Source of the DNA: an uncultured Planctomycetaceae bacterium
GTDB taxonomy: Bacteria; Planctomycetota; Planctomycetia; Planctomycetales; Planctomycetaceae
Length of the DNA stretch: 64,000 nt
Reading direction: 5' to 3'
Assembly (NCBI GenBank): GCA_963813715.1
Contig: CAWFAK010000008.1
Location: 32,001 to 96,000, forward strand
The notes under the pieces were generated by a model. That model did not search any database and had not been told where the DNA came from. It saw only the letters and a program-made list of their open reading frames with translations. This document shows, piece by piece, positions 45,454 to 57,648 of this stretch; the stretch's first letter is position 1; every line of letters starts with the position of its first letter. A program made the position numbers and the translations under genes.

Positions 45454-48400
45454 CGCGATTCCGCCACGATCGGCTCTTCTTCGGGGCGCGCCATGCCGTG
45501 CGAGGTCTTACCGCCGAACCGCTGCGCCAGCCGATCAAAATAGAGATAGATGACGGGCGTGGTGTACAGTGTGAGCAACTGGCTCAAGAGCAGCCCGCCG
45601 ATGATGGTGATTCCCAGCGGACGCCGCAGCTCCGATCCTGTCCCGCTGCCGACAGCCAGCGGCACGGCCCCGAGCAACGCCGCCATCGTGGTCATCATGA
45701 TCGGCCGGAATCGCAAGAGGCAGGCCTGGTAAATCGCCTTGTCGGGCGACATCCCCTGGTGCCGCTCGGCCTCGAGCGCGAAGTCGATCATCATGATGGC
45801 ATTCTTCTTCACAATGCCGATCAAGAGGATAATGCCGATCAGCCCGATCACGCTCAGATCGATGCCGCAGATCAAAAGCGCGAGCACGGCGCCGACACCG
45901 GCGGAGGGGAGCGTCGAGAGAATCGTGATCGGGTGAATGTAGCTCTCGTAGAGCACTCCCAGCACGATGTAGACGGTGATGAGAGCGGCCAGAATCAGCA
46001 CCGGCTCGTTGGCCAACGACGCCAGAAAGGCCGCCGCAGTTCCCTGAAAGCTGCCCTGGATGCTGGCGGGCATCTTCAAATCGTCCTTGACCTTGTCGAT
46101 CGCATGGACCGCCGTTCCCAGCGAGGCGCCCGGCGCTAGGTTGAAGGAAACGGTCACCACCGGAAATTGCCCCTGGTGGTTGATGGCGATGGGGATCGCC
46201 GATTTCTTGGTCTGCGTGAACGCTGACAAGGGCGCGTGGCCCCCGGCGGTCTGGATGTAAATGTCCTTGAGATCCTCGGGCCGCGCGCTGAAGCTGGGTT
46301 CGACCTCGAGCACGACACGGTATTGATTGAGCTGCGTGAACATGATCGAGATCTGCCGCTGCCCGAATGCGTCGTAGAGCGTGTCGTCGATCAGTTCGGG
46401 CGTCACGCCCAGTCGCGAGGCGGTATCGCGGTCGATCGACAGATGCAGCTGCTGCCCGTTGTTCTGCTGGTCGCTCGCAACGTCGCGGAGCTCGGGAATT
46501 TCCCGCAGCTTTTCCACGAACCGCGGCACCCATACGTTCAGCTCGTCGGCGCTGATGTCTTCGAGGCTGTACTGGAACTGCGTGCGGCTGACGCGGGTCT
46601 CGACCGTCAGGTCCTGCACCGGCTGCATGAACAGGCCGATCCCGGCCACGCGGTCCACGAGCGGCTGCAGCCGGCGAATGACCGTGCTCGAATCGATGCC
46701 CCGCTCGGAGGCGGGCTTGAGGTTGATCTGAATGCGGCCGGTGTTGAGCGTGGGGTTCGTCCCGTCGATGCCGATGAACGACGACAGGCTGTCGACCGCG
46801 TCGTCCTGCAGGATCGCCCGGGCCAGGGCCTGCTGACGGCTGGCCATTGCCTCGAACGACACGTCCTGCGGACCTTCGGAAATGCCCATGATCACGCCCG
46901 TGTCCTGCACAGGGAAAAACCCCTTCGGCACGATCACATAGAGATAAATCGTGGCGACGAGCGTGATGAGGAAGACGAACAGTGTCATCGGCTGGTGGCG
47001 TAGCACCACCTGCACGGTCTTGCCGTAAAGGGCGATGGTGCTCTCGAAGAGCTGCTCCGAAGTGCGGTAGAACCAGCTCTGCTTGTCCTCGGGCTTATGG
47101 CGCAGAAGGCGGGCCGCCATCATCGGCGTCAGTGTCAGCGAAACGATCGCCGAAATCAGGATCGTCACGCTTAGTGTGACGGCAAACTCCCGGAACAGCC
47201 GGCCGACGACGTCGCCCATGAACAACAGCGGGATCAATACCGCGATCAGCGAAATGCTCAGCGAGATGATCGTAAAGCCGATTTCGGCCGAGCCCTTGAG
47301 CGCGGCGGGCAGTGGCTCTTCGCCCATTTCGATGTAGCGGGCGATGTTTTCGATCATCACGATCGCGTCGTCGACCACGAAGCCGGTCGAAATCGTCAGC
47401 GCCATTAACGTCAGGTTGTTGAGGCTGAAGTCGAGCATGTACATCACGGCGAACGTGCCCACCAGCGACAACGGCACCGCCACGCTGGGAATCACCGTCG
47501 CCGCGAACGTCCGCAGGAACAGGAAGATCACGAGCACCACCAGGGCGATCGTCAGCATCAGCTCGAACTGCACGTCCTCGACCGAAGCGCGAATCGTCAA
47601 CGTCCGGTCGGTCAGCACGTCGACCTTCACGGCCGCGGGCAGGTTGCTTTTGAGGTCGGGCAAACGCCGCTTGATGTGATCGACGACCTCGATGATGTTC
47701 GCCCCGGGCTGCCGCTGAATGTTGAGAATCACGGCCGGCGTCAGGATCGGTCCCTTGGTGCTGGCCGAGGAGCTCGTCGACTCGCCCTCCTCCCCTTCGG
47801 CGCCCGAGCGCTTCGTGAAACCCATCCACGCCGCCTGGCGCAGATTCTCGACCCCGTCGACCACCGACGCGACGTCGGAGAGGAACACGGGGCCGGTCGG
47901 CCGGTACGCGACCACGAGGTTCTGATATTCCTTGGCCGTCAGCATCTGGTCGTTGGCGGCGATCGTGTAGGCCAGCTTCTTGCCGTCGAAGTTCCCCTTC
48001 GCCTGGTTGACGTTGGCCGCGACGATCGCGTTGCGGACGTCTTCCAGGTTCAGGCCGCGAGACAAAAGCGCCGTCGGATTCAACCGCACGCGAATCGCCG
48101 GCTTTTGTCCCCCCGAAATGCTCACCAGCCCCACGCCCGACATTTGCGCGATCTTTTGCGCGAATCGCGTATCGGCCAGGTCCTCGATCTTCGACAGGGG
48201 CAGCGTGTCGGAGCTGAGGGCCAGCGTGAGAATCGGCGCGTCGGCCGGATTCGTTCTTGTTGTAAATCGGCGGGTTGGGCAGGTCGGCCGGCAGATAGGT
48301 GGCCGCCGCGTTGATCGCCGCCTGCACCTGCTGCTCTTCGACGTCGATGCTGAGCGCCAGGTCGAACTGCAACACGATCACCGAGCTGCCGTCGGAGCTC

Positions 48401-48648
48401 GTCGAAGTCATCTGGTCCAGGCCGGGCACCTGCCCGAACTGCCGCTCCAAAGGCGCCGTCACCGACGACGCCATCACCTCGGGGCTGGCTCCCGGGTAAA
48501 AAGTGACGACCTGAATGGTCGGATAGTCGACCTGCGGCAGCGCCGAGACCGGCAGCTGCTTATAAGCCACGGCTCCGCAGAGCACGATCGCCACCATCAA
48601 CAGCACGGTGGCGACGGGCCGCAGAATGAAGAGTCTCGATGGACTCAT
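45450..48648 (-). CDS. mdtB: RND efflux transporter subunit (frameshift near 48250)
   Basis: [45 protein letters not shown]. Confidence 0.9.
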
Positions 48649-50177
48649 TGTTCTGTTTTCGTCCCGTTCTGTTTCTGATGTCGGGTTCGTCCGGATCCCG
48701 TCTGCGGCGCCGAGGGGGCCTGGTTGGCAGCCGGGGCCGGCAAGTCGCGACCTGTCGCGGTGTCTGAGGAGCCGTCGCTCGCGGTCGACTGCGACTGGTC
48801 CGGGGCGCTCGTCGAGTCGGACTGCGCGGCACTCGCGTCGGCCGTGCTGTCTTTGGCGTTGTCTGACTTGCTAGCGTTTTTGCCTTTGCCCTTCTTGCCT
48901 GTTTTGATGCTGACCTTCGTCACGCCGGGCATGAGCCGGTCGGTTCCCTCCGTGACGACGACCTCGCCCATGGCCAGTCCAGATTCGATGATCGTCTGGT
49001 CGCCTTCGGTCTGGCCGACTTTGAGCATCCGCATTTCGATGTCCTTGTCCCCCGTCACCACGTAGGCGAACGTGCCGTTGGGGCCGCGCTGCACCGCCCC
49101 GGCCGGAACGATCAGCGCGTTCCGCTCGACCTCGATCAGCGTCTTGGCGTTGACGAACTCATTCGGAAACAGCAGGTTGTCCTCGTTCGAGAAGGTGGCC
49201 CGCAGCTTCACCGTGCCGGTCGTCGTGTCGACCAGGTTGTCGATTGCCGTCAGCTTGCCCGAAGCCAGCTTCGTAGCGAGATCGCGGTTCCACGCCTCGA
49301 CCAGCACGTCTTCGCCGCCCTTGAACTTCTGCTGCACGCGGTAAATGTCGTCCTGCGGAATCGTGTAGATCACCGTGATCGGCTGCAGCTGTGTGATCGT
49401 GGCGAGCGTCGTGGCAGCGGCCGCCTGGACCAGGTTGCCCTTGTCGACTTGCCGCAGGCCGATCCGTCCGGCGATCGGGGCCGTGATGTGGCAGTAGATG
49501 ATCTGCAGCTTGGCGGTGTCGATTGCCGCCTGGTCGGTCTTCACCGCTCCCACGAACTGGCCGACCGTTGCCACCTGCGCATCGAGGGTCTGCTGCGAGA
49601 TGGCATTGGTGACGATTAACTTCTGATAGCGCGCCAGGTCCTGGTTGGCCTGCACGAGCGAGGCTTGGTCCTTCGCCAATTGGCCTTCGGCCTGCGATTG
49701 CTGAACCTGATAGGGCCGCGGGTCGATCTCGACGAGCGGATCTCCGGCCTTGACCATCTGCCCTTCGGTGTAAAGCACCTGCATGACTTCGCCGTCGACC
49801 CGGGTCTTGACGACGTCAGTCTGCAGGGCCGTCACCGTCCCCAGGCTCGACAGATACACATTCATGTCGCCTTTGCGGACGGTCGACGTGACGACCGGGA
49901 TCGGCCGTTGCGCCTTCCCCGCGACCCCTTCCTTGGAGGATTGGAAGAGCGTCGTGTGCTCGACCACGTAGTAGCCGCCCCCGCCGGCCGCAACGAGCAG
50001 CAGCAGAATCCAAATCCACGCGCGGCGCTTTTTCCCCGTTTGGGGCCGAAAGCCCGCATCGTGAAGCTCCGCCCGCGACTCGCCCGTGCGGCCGCCATCG
50101 TGGTGATCCGGCTGCGGCCGCGACTGCACGCCGTCGTGGGGCAGCTCCTCAACTTTTCGAGGCTGAACTGTCGTCAT
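48645..50177 (-). CDS. mdtA: RND periplasmic adaptor (MdtA/MuxA)
   Basis: [42 protein letters not shown]. Confidence 0.9.
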   Translation of the reverse strand: MTTVQPRKVEELPHDGVQSRPQPDHHDGGRTGESRAELHDAGFRPQTGKKRRAWIWILLLLVAAGGGGYYVVEHTTLFQSSKEGVAGKAQRPIPVVTSTVRKGDMNVYLSSLGTVTALQTDVVKTRVDGEVMQVLYTEGQMVKAGDPLVEIDPRPYQVQQSQAEGQLAKDQASLVQANQDLARYQKLIVTNAISQQTLDAQVATVGQFVGAVKTDQAAIDTAKLQIIYCHITAPIAGRIGLRQVDKGNLVQAAAATTLATITQLQPITVIYTIPQDDIYRVQQKFKGGEDVLVEAWNRDLATKLASGKLTAIDNLVDTTTGTVKLRATFSNEDNLLFPNEFVNAKTLIEVERNALIVPAGAVQRGPNGTFAYVVTGDKDIEMRMLKVGQTEGDQTIIESGLAMGEVVVTEGTDRLMPGVTKVSIKTGKKGKGKNASKSDNAKDSTADASAAQSDSTSAPDQSQSTASDGSSDTATGRDLPAPAANQAPSAPQTGSGRTRHQKQNGTKTEQ

Positions 50178-50789
50178 ACTGAAGCCAACCTGTCGCGAAA
50201 GGATAAGAGAGCATCAACTAAGCGTTTACTCACAACCCATCCGTGCTCAATCGCGGCTATTCCCCGCGGCAATCCTCAACCGTCAACTTTCCGTCGTCGA
50301 TCGGTCGCTTCCGAAGATTCTACCTAACCCCAAAAGTTTTGTGCATACCGGCTTTGCGTCGCGGAGAGGACAAGCGGCAGTCCGCCAACCAGAATTCAAT
50401 CTCCGAGCGCCGAGCATCGCACCACGACGAAACGCAGGGCGACTCCCTGAAAAAACAGCCTAAGTCGCTGAGAGCTGCGAAAATGCAAAGCAAAGGCCGG
50501 GGCGGGAGTGCGCCACCAAGATTAAAAAGGGCACATTTCATGCCGCAGGGCCTCGCGCGCCTCATCGCGGCACCCGCCGAAAAAACTTCCTGAAAAGCAA
50601 CTGAAGACACCGACGAGCGATCGATTTCATCGCTCGACACCCAGTCGACACGCGTGCTTGTGAGCGTTTGCTCCCTCACGCGAACGGCGCCGTGCGAACC
50701 CCAGCGCGGTCGGCGGCGTCCCTCTCTCAATTCTAGAACACGCACCGTGCATGCCACGGCACAATCGTCGCGCACTTCCAGCCAATCGC

Positions 50790-50818
50790 TTGAAGCGCTC
50801 CCGCGCCGCAAGTAGAAT
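50790..50818 (+). promoter_or_regulatory. Sigma70-like promoter for the tRNA
   Basis: TTGAAG -17- TAGAAT, about 90 nt upstream of the tRNA. Confidence 0.5.
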
Positions 50819-50907
50819 TCGCGACTCGACTTTTCGCCGACCGGATTTAATTCGACGCTCGCCGCTCGCCGACGCAACGTCGGCAACGCGAGGCCCATCG
50901 GCCACCG

Positions 50908-50980
50908 GCCCCTATAGCTCAATTGGTAGAGCAACTGACTCTTAATCAGTAGGTTCTTGGTTCGAGTCCAAGTGGGGGCA
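50908..50980 (+). tRNA. tRNA-Lys(CTT), CCA not encoded
   Basis: Acceptor GCCCCTA/TGGGGGC, D-arm GCTC..GAGC, anticodon arm ACTGA-CTCTTAA-TCAGT, T-loop TTCGAGT. Confidence 0.97.
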
Positions 50981-51316
50981 TTTGACGGGCGAAGACTGTG
51001 GAAACGGACGGCCGCCCGCCAGGTTCGTCCGATGGTCCGACGGAATGGACCGGGCCGATGGGTTGGTTTGGCCTCTTCAGCCCGGTTCTTGCATCCGTCA
51101 TTGGTCAGACACTCCGCGGCACCTTGGCGAGGAGTGTGCCTGTCTTCAATCTAGGGACCGCGAACGGCGCCTTGGTCAGCCCCTGCCGAAGGCGTGAAGG
51201 TCTGCGTTGGATCAGTTCGGCGTGCGGTGACTCAACCCGGTTGCCCTCGTACGCTTGGCTGAGCAATCGGGCTGGTCTGCGGCGCGGGTTGCCGGTCTGT
51301 CCTGCGTCAGTCTGAC

Positions 51317-52615
51317 CTACTGGAGTAGGAGCCTAGCGGGAACAGACTCTTGCTGGCCCAACTGCCAGAGCTCGACATCGTTCCGATTGTCGTCGACCGG
51401 GGCGATGCTCACGTTCTTCCCGACCTGCGAGACGCCGACGCTCAAGGCGGCACCGGCCGTGCCGGAGTCGAGCTGCCGCGTTCCGACAAGCTGGCCCGTG
51501 CTGGGGGGCTCGACGGTCATGCTCGGCAAGCCCGTCGTCGGCATGTTCACGCTGGCTGCCACGCCGTTGGCCACGATCGGATCGCTGTTGAGGGCGGTGG
51601 TTAGCCCCATCGACTCGTGCAGAAACGCCAGGACGCTGGGCGTCGCTTCAAAGGAGTGGAAGACCCCGTTGGCGTCCGAATAGAACCCGGTGATCTGGCC
51701 GAAGTCGTTGATCCCGGTGATTTGCGTGACCTCAACGCCGTTGTCGAAGGCCTCGCTGGGATCGTCCAGGAACGTGTACTGACCCGTGTGGGTGTTATAG
51801 ATGAACCCGTGCTGGCTGGTCGTCGAGTCGCCGTAATAGCCCACCGCGATGCCTTCATCGTTGATCCCCAGGATCTGCGAGAAGACGAACGTGGCGCCCG
51901 GCTCGCCGGGGACAGCCGGAATCGTTGGGTCGGCGACCGCCGTGCCGGTCAACTCGCCGGAGCGCGCGTCGTACTCGTGGGCGATGAAGCCGTGGTCCTG
52001 GCCGTCCGTGCCGACGTAGAAGCCGACGACCAGGCCAAGATTGTTGATCCCCTGGGCGTTAACGATGTCAGGCCCCGAGGGCGCATCGATCCGGATTGCC
52101 GTGTGGGGATTGGGCAGGATGAAGCCGGGCATCTCGTCGCCGTCCGTGTACTGGCCGACGATCTGGCCGAGGTCGTTGATCCCGAAGGCCGTCGCGGCCG
52201 AACCGCCCAGCGGGATGAACGTGTGCACGTTGCCGTTTGAGAGAGAGAAGGCATTCCCGTTGCCGTCGTTGCCCACCACGGTCCCGAACAGATTGACCCC
52301 CAAGGCCATGGCGGTAGTCGACCCGTTGATGTTCAGTTCCTGGACCTTCGGCGACAGAAGCGGATTGACGGTGAAGTTGTGGAGATTCCCGTTGTTGTCG
52401 ATGTCGAACCCGACAACCCTACCGGAGTTGGAGATCCCGTTCTCGTTGCTGCCGGCCGCGGCGTTGGTCCCCGCGTTGGGCCCGTTGAAATTGAGGAACT
52501 TGTAGCCACCCGCCGCGGCGGTGCCGAGGACCGTGATGTTCGCCGAAAGCAGCGAACGGTCTTCCAGGATTTCGACGCTCAAGACACAGTCGGAACGCCT
52601 GCGAGTGGACTTCAT
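51317..52615 (-). CDS. Extracellular protein with LEPR-XLL-like leader and HAF-like propeller repeats
   Basis: VEILEDRSLLS; six GI(N/S)x.G.(V/I)(V/T)G-type repeats. Confidence 0.75.
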   Translation of the reverse strand: MKSTRRRSDCVLSVEILEDRSLLSANITVLGTAAAGGYKFLNFNGPNAGTNAAAGSNENGISNSGRVVGFDIDNNGNLHNFTVNPLLSPKVQELNINGSTTAMALGVNLFGTVVGNDGNGNAFSLSNGNVHTFIPLGGSAATAFGINDLGQIVGQYTDGDEMPGFILPNPHTAIRIDAPSGPDIVNAQGINNLGLVVGFYVGTDGQDHGFIAHEYDARSGELTGTAVADPTIPAVPGEPGATFVFSQILGINDEGIAVGYYGDSTTSQHGFIYNTHTGQYTFLDDPSEAFDNGVEVTQITGINDFGQITGFYSDANGVFHSFEATPSVLAFLHESMGLTTALNSDPIVANGVAASVNMPTTGLPSMTVEPPSTGQLVGTRQLDSGTAGAALSVGVSQVGKNVSIAPVDDNRNDVELWQLGQQESVPARLLLQ

Positions 52616-52899
52616 GGGATGTTCCTCCAAAGAGCGGTACGACGAAGAAGAACGGCCCGCTGACGCCGCCCCAGAGCGGCGTGAATTATAATAACAACCT
52701 GCGTGAAGAAACTGTGCCGGGGACGTGAGCACACGGTTAACGACGGGCGACTGCGGCATCGACAGCGGTCGGACGCACCGTGAACAACCTTGCTGAATAC
52801 CTCAACCGCATCGATCGCGTGCCCGGAGTCTCGATGAAGCGGGCGAACCCCTCCCTCGTCAAACCAGACACGCTAAGATGAAGAAAGTGGCGGACGAGG

Positions 52900-53349
52900 A
52901 TGGAAACGAGCGCGATGTCGGACACTCACGAACATCAATGTTCGCGATGCGGGAATTCCTGGCAGCACAGCCAGGTATCGCACGAGCGCTATCGTGACCA
53001 CATTTGTCCGTCGTGCGGCTATCTCGAGTTGATGGTCTTCAAACCGGGCGCGCCGCCGATGGGGGCTGACGATCTGCCGCGGGCCGTGGCCAATTTTCTC
53101 AAGGTGCTGACCGACTCCGACGAGTCCGCCCGCGCGGCGGCCGCCTGCTCCTTGGGTTATTTGCAGGCGGAACCCGATCGGGCCATTCCCGCGCTGGCGC
53201 TGGCGGCCATCGGCGATCGTGACGCTTCCGTTCGGCAAGCGGCCGCTGACGGCTTGCGCCGCTTCGGCCCCGCGAGATGTGAGGAAGCGGCCGGCTGCTT
53301 ATGGCCGGCCATCGCCGCGATCTTCGAAGAACGGAAAACGCCGCGGTAA
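52900..53349 (+). CDS. Zinc-ribbon plus HEAT-repeat protein
   Basis: CSRCG, CPSCG; D.DESARAAAA.SLG and DRDASVRQAAA..L. Confidence 0.7.
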   Translation: METSAMSDTHEHQCSRCGNSWQHSQVSHERYRDHICPSCGYLELMVFKPGAPPMGADDLPRAVANFLKVLTDSDESARAAAACSLGYLQAEPDRAIPALALAAIGDRDASVRQAAADGLRRFGPARCEEAAGCLWPAIAAIFEERKTPR

Positions 53350-53518
53350 GGCGCGCCGTGTTTGCCCGTCGCTCGTCCAGTCGATTACGCCGCTCGCATG
53401 CCAGCTGCGGGCGTCGGCGATACAATCAGCGAACGGCCCGTGGGGGGTCGGCGAATAGCCGCAAGCTCTGCGAAAATAAGCGCGGGGCCTGGGTGTGAGT
53501 TCTGTGCGAGGTGTCGCG

Positions 53519-54631
53519 ATGAGAATGCAGACGTTGAGCCTGGCCGTGGTGGTTGCCGCCGGTTGCGCTGTCGTGGGATCCGCGAGGGGCGACGGATATC
53601 TGACGTCCGTCGGCAGCGGCGACGAGAAAATTCCGGTCGTCGTGGTCCGGGGCACGCCCTTCGAGATGGGCAAGCGGCTGGGCGAGCTGACCAAGGCGGA
53701 TGCCGTCGAATTCACGCACACGGCGCTCGAGCGGATTCAGGCCAGCGATCCGAAGCGGTTCTCCAACGAGTCGTTGGATGCGGCCTGGAAGGCGATCGCA
53801 CCGCACACGGATCCCCGCTTCAAAGAGGAATTGCGCGGCTTGTCCGAGGGGACCAGCCTGTCGCTCGAAGAGCTGCATCGCTCGCATGCGCTGCCGGTGG
53901 TGGCCGACTATGCGTGCAGCAGCATCGCCGCCTGGGGCAGTGCGACCAAGGACGGGCATCTGTATCAGACTCGCAATCTCGACTGGGAGATGAACCTGAC
54001 GGCCCAGGACCACCCCTGCATCGTCGTCTACGTTCCCAACCATGGGATCCCGCACGCAAGCATGACGTTTGCCGGGTGCATCGGTGCGAATACGGGGATC
54101 AACGCGCAGGGGATTGTGCTGTCCGAAATAGGCGATTCGCCCGGCAGCGACTTTCCGTTCGACATCAACGGCGTGCACTTCACGACGCTGTTTCGCACGG
54201 TGCTCTACGATGCCGACAGCCTGGACAAAGCCGTCGAGATCTTCCAATCGGCCAAGCGGATCAAGAAGTATCACTTCGTCGTCGGCGACGGTAAGAACGG
54301 CAAGGCGGTGAAAATGCTGGCCCACGCCCCGGCTTTGATCGTCTGGCGCGACAACGACTCGAAGGATGAACTGGCCCCGCACGTGCTCAAGAACCTCGTC
54401 TACCACGACGAAGGTCGCGGTGCGTTTCCGCCGCTGAAGCAGTTGTACGGCAAGATCGGCGCTCCGGAGCTGATTGACGTCGCCTGCAAGATTCCGATCA
54501 AAGGGACGAACGTGCTCGACGTGATTTACGACGCGACGGCCCTGGAATTCTGGGTGTCGTACGCGAAGAAAGACGTCGAGGCGTACAAGCGGCCCTTCGT
54601 GCACGTCAAGTTGAAGGATTACCTCAACTAG
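53519..54631 (+). CDS. C45 family autoproteolytic peptidase/acyltransferase, secreted
   Basis: GTPFEMG, EELRGL, nucleophile A|CSSIAAWG, TRNLDW, GINAQG. Confidence 0.85.
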   Translation: MRMQTLSLAVVVAAGCAVVGSARGDGYLTSVGSGDEKIPVVVVRGTPFEMGKRLGELTKADAVEFTHTALERIQASDPKRFSNESLDAAWKAIAPHTDPRFKEELRGLSEGTSLSLEELHRSHALPVVADYACSSIAAWGSATKDGHLYQTRNLDWEMNLTAQDHPCIVVYVPNHGIPHASMTFAGCIGANTGINAQGIVLSEIGDSPGSDFPFDINGVHFTTLFRTVLYDADSLDKAVEIFQSAKRIKKYHFVVGDGKNGKAVKMLAHAPALIVWRDNDSKDELAPHVLKNLVYHDEGRGAFPPLKQLYGKIGAPELIDVACKIPIKGTNVLDVIYDATALEFWVSYAKKDVEAYKRPFVHVKLKDYLN

Positions 54632-55920
54632 TGCGTGGGTGATCCGGTCGGGCTCGGTGACTGCGCTTTCGGCAAGGTCTTGGCGGCGGCCAGATCTCGC
54701 TCTGCGTTCTGAAACTTGAGCAGTTGCGTTTTGAGCTCGTTGGTCAACTGGAGCTGGCGCCATGGCGGTAACCTCTGGGCGCGGACCAGGGCCTCTCGCT
54801 CGAGCCGAACGGCTTCCATCGGATTACCGAGTTGATAATGGGCCTCGGCCGCCGTATCGATGTATCCCGGCCGGCGGCGAATGGCCAGGGCCTTGGTGAC
54901 TAATTCCAGCGCGCGCGGGGGGTCTTTTGCGCCGTTTTGGTCCGGAAATAAGTAACTCCAGGCGAGCGCGTTGAGCGTTTCCGCGTGGTGGTCGCTCGAT
55001 TCGTCGTCGGAGCATGCCAGCGCCAGCTCGAGTGCCAGGCGGGCCGTGCGATAGTGCTGTACCCCCAACTCATCAATGCCGTGCGCCTGAATGGTTGCGA
55101 CCCAGGCCTCCGGCGACACCCAAACGTCGCGCCGCCGCTCGCTGGCCTCGGACGTTTTGGCAAAAGCGACCTGCGAGGCCTCGCGGAGAAAATAGCCACA
55201 GAAGAACGTCGCCAGACAGCAGAGTCCAAAACCCTCCACAGTTGTCCACGGTCGGCTCCAGCGCGAGGGAGCGGATTTCGGCGACGCGGTCACGACCGGG
55301 ACGCCACCGGGGAAACCGCTCACATCGTCCGTCGGGGCGAGGGTCGATGGCGCTGGCCAGGAGGCGACTGGCACGGGCCGACTCGCGAGGGAAGACGGGG
55401 GGGATGATGGTTGGCCGGACGATTCGGTACTTTTCTCCGTCGCTGCCACGTCGACTTCCTCGGGCAGGCGCTTGAAAATTCGCTGGGCCAGTTGCTCTCG
55501 CTGTTCCGCGGGCAGGTCCCTGAGCCGGACGGCAATTTGCTCGATCGGCGCAGCCGCCGCGCGGGTCTGATCGTCCTCCCCCGGAACGGCCGCATAACGC
55601 ACGCGATTGTAAGCGGCGGAGATGTCGGCGGCCGCCGTAGCGTCCAATAGGCCCTCGGCCGACAGGGCGATCAGGTACTCGGCCAGCAGGATATTCGTCG
55701 GTCGCGCCAGTCCGAGCGATTCCAGTTCAAGCAGCGCCCGATCCAACGCATTGTCAGTCACCTGAGTGGACGCCATCGCGAACCCTCGACAGGAGTGTAA
55801 ATCGAACCCCATTGCAGTCTGGTCGCGGGCCGCCATTGAAGCAAGGCGCAACTGGGGCGTGGCACTGCGCTCTGCAATGCAGAATGTCGATGGCAGCGAC
55901 ATAATCGAGTTGCCGGCCAT
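54628..55920 (-). CDS. Hypothetical membrane protein with C-terminal TPR-like region
   Basis: AYNRVRY (DUF4129-like), TM, LNALAW, YIDTAAEAHYQLG; start may be 55776. Confidence 0.6.
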   Translation of the reverse strand: MAGNSIMSLPSTFCIAERSATPQLRLASMAARDQTAMGFDLHSCRGFAMASTQVTDNALDRALLELESLGLARPTNILLAEYLIALSAEGLLDATAAADISAAYNRVRYAAVPGEDDQTRAAAAPIEQIAVRLRDLPAEQREQLAQRIFKRLPEEVDVAATEKSTESSGQPSSPPSSLASRPVPVASWPAPSTLAPTDDVSGFPGGVPVVTASPKSAPSRWSRPWTTVEGFGLCCLATFFCGYFLREASQVAFAKTSEASERRRDVWVSPEAWVATIQAHGIDELGVQHYRTARLALELALACSDDESSDHHAETLNALAWSYLFPDQNGAKDPPRALELVTKALAIRRRPGYIDTAAEAHYQLGNPMEAVRLEREALVRAQRLPPWRQLQLTNELKTQLLKFQNAERDLAAAKTLPKAQSPSPTGSPTH

Positions 55921-55993
55921 GTTGACGGCATTGTCGCGATGTCAGGCTGCCGACGGCGATTCCAGCTGATCTCTCCGGGCAAGGACGACAGAA

Positions 55994-56560
55994 ATGCCTC
56001 TCACCCAGCTCGACAACATCTCGGCCCTGGTCGTGATCGACTTACAGAAAGGGATCGTCGGCATTCCCACGGCCCACCTGGCCGGCGAGATCGTGGCCCG
56101 AGCTGCGCATCTCGCGCAGGCGTTCCGCGAGCACGGATTGCTGGTGGTGCTCGTGAATGTGTCGGGGCCGAGCGCACCGAGAGCGACACCGAAATTTGCC
56201 TTTCAGGCCGATTGGTCCGAGTTCGTTCCCGAACTGGCCGCCGTGCCCACGGATCTGCGGATCACGAAGCAACGCTTCGGCGCGTTCTTGGGTACGTCGT
56301 TGGACGCCGAACTACGAAAGCGCGGCGTCACGCAGATCGTGCTGGCCGGAATCTCGACGAGCATCGGCGTCGAATCGACGGCGCGCAGCGCCTACGACCT
56401 GGGTTACAACGTGACACTCGTCGTCGACGCGATGACCGATCGCAGTCCCGAGATGCACCGTCACAGCGTCGAGAAAGTCTTCCCGCGACTGGGGGAGACA
56501 GGCACGACCGACGAGTTACTTTGGCTGCTCGAGACGCGACGGGCCGCAGCCGCCAACTGA
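55994..56560 (+). CDS. Isochorismatase family hydrolase
   Basis: ALVVIDLQKG, ITKQRFGAF, GISTSIGVESTAR. Confidence 0.92.
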   Translation: MPLTQLDNISALVVIDLQKGIVGIPTAHLAGEIVARAAHLAQAFREHGLLVVLVNVSGPSAPRATPKFAFQADWSEFVPELAAVPTDLRITKQRFGAFLGTSLDAELRKRGVTQIVLAGISTSIGVESTARSAYDLGYNVTLVVDAMTDRSPEMHRHSVEKVFPRLGETGTTDELLWLLETRRAAAAN

Positions 56561-56647
56561 TGCGATGAATTTCGTGGCGAGCGAGGCCGCGCGGGCATAC
56601 ACTGGCCACGTGGTCGGACGCGAGAAGAAATCCGCGGAGAACGCCTG

Positions 56648-57139
56648 ATGTCAGTCAACACGGCCAAACCGGTCAACACAGCCAAGGTCGCCGGGAGGCG
56701 CCAATTGAAGTTTGCCTCCTACGAAGAGTTGCTGGCTGACCTCGATCGGCTCAACTCCGGCCCGATCCAGTCGCTGGGCAACTGGTCGCCGGGGCAAAAC
56801 TTTCGCCACTTGGCCGTCGTCTACAATTCGTCGATCGACGGCTTTTCGATGACATTCCCGCCGCACATCCGCCTCGTCGCAAAGCTGTTCCGCAAGAAAC
56901 TGCTGACCATGCAAATGCCCCCCGGCTTGAAACTGCCCGCCTCGGGCCGAAAGACCCTGCTGCCGCCTCCCACCCCCACTGACGAAGGGGCCGCGCAATT
57001 GCGCGAAGCCGTGGCGCGGCTGCAGCGCGAGCCCAAGCGGGCCAACCATCCCGTGTTCGGCCCCTTAACCCGCGAAGAGTGGGATCGAGTCCACCTGACC
57101 CATGCCAGTCTGCATTTGAGCTTCCTGGTTCCGCAGTGA
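56648..57139 (+). CDS. DUF1569 (DinB-like) protein
   Basis: GNWSPGQNFRHLA, HPVFGPLTREEW...HLTHASLHLSF. Confidence 0.88.
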   Translation: MSVNTAKPVNTAKVAGRRQLKFASYEELLADLDRLNSGPIQSLGNWSPGQNFRHLAVVYNSSIDGFSMTFPPHIRLVAKLFRKKLLTMQMPPGLKLPASGRKTLLPPPTPTDEGAAQLREAVARLQREPKRANHPVFGPLTREEWDRVHLTHASLHLSFLVPQ

Positions 57140-57214
57140 GCCGCGACAAACTTCGTGTGACGGCCCGTTCGATGAATAGCCGTCTCGACTCAAAGAGGGA
57201 ATAAAGCGAGAACG

Positions 57215-57631
57215 ATGACCACACAGGGAACGACGACCACTCAGCGAGTGTTTTCCGCCGCGCCGTGGGAGAAGAAAGTCGGCTACTGCCGGGCGATCAA
57301 GGTCGGCAACCTGATTTTTGTCACCGGCACCGCGGCCGTGGACGACAATGGCAAGACATTCGAGCCGGGGAATGCTTACGGCCAGGCCAAGCGGTGCCTG
57401 TTGTTGATCGAACGGGCCTTGAAAGGGTTGGGGGCCGACCTGTCGTCGGTCGTGCGGACGCGGATGTTCGTGACTGATATTTCGAAGTGGCAGGAGTTCG
57501 GCCGAGCTCACGGCGAAACGTTTCGCGACTTCCCACCGGCGACGACCATGGTCGAGGTCAAGTCGCTGATCGAGCCCGACATGCTGATCGAAATCGAGGC
57601 CGACGCCGTCGTTTCGCGCAACGAAACCTGA
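57215..57631 (+). CDS. RidA/Rid family protein
   Basis: WEKKVGYCRA, VVRTRMFVTDI, PATTMVEV..LI....LIEIEADA. Confidence 0.92.
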   Translation: MTTQGTTTTQRVFSAAPWEKKVGYCRAIKVGNLIFVTGTAAVDDNGKTFEPGNAYGQAKRCLLLIERALKGLGADLSSVVRTRMFVTDISKWQEFGRAHGETFRDFPPATTMVEVKSLIEPDMLIEIEADAVVSRNET

Positions 57632-57648
57632 CCGGAGAGGCGGAGGCG

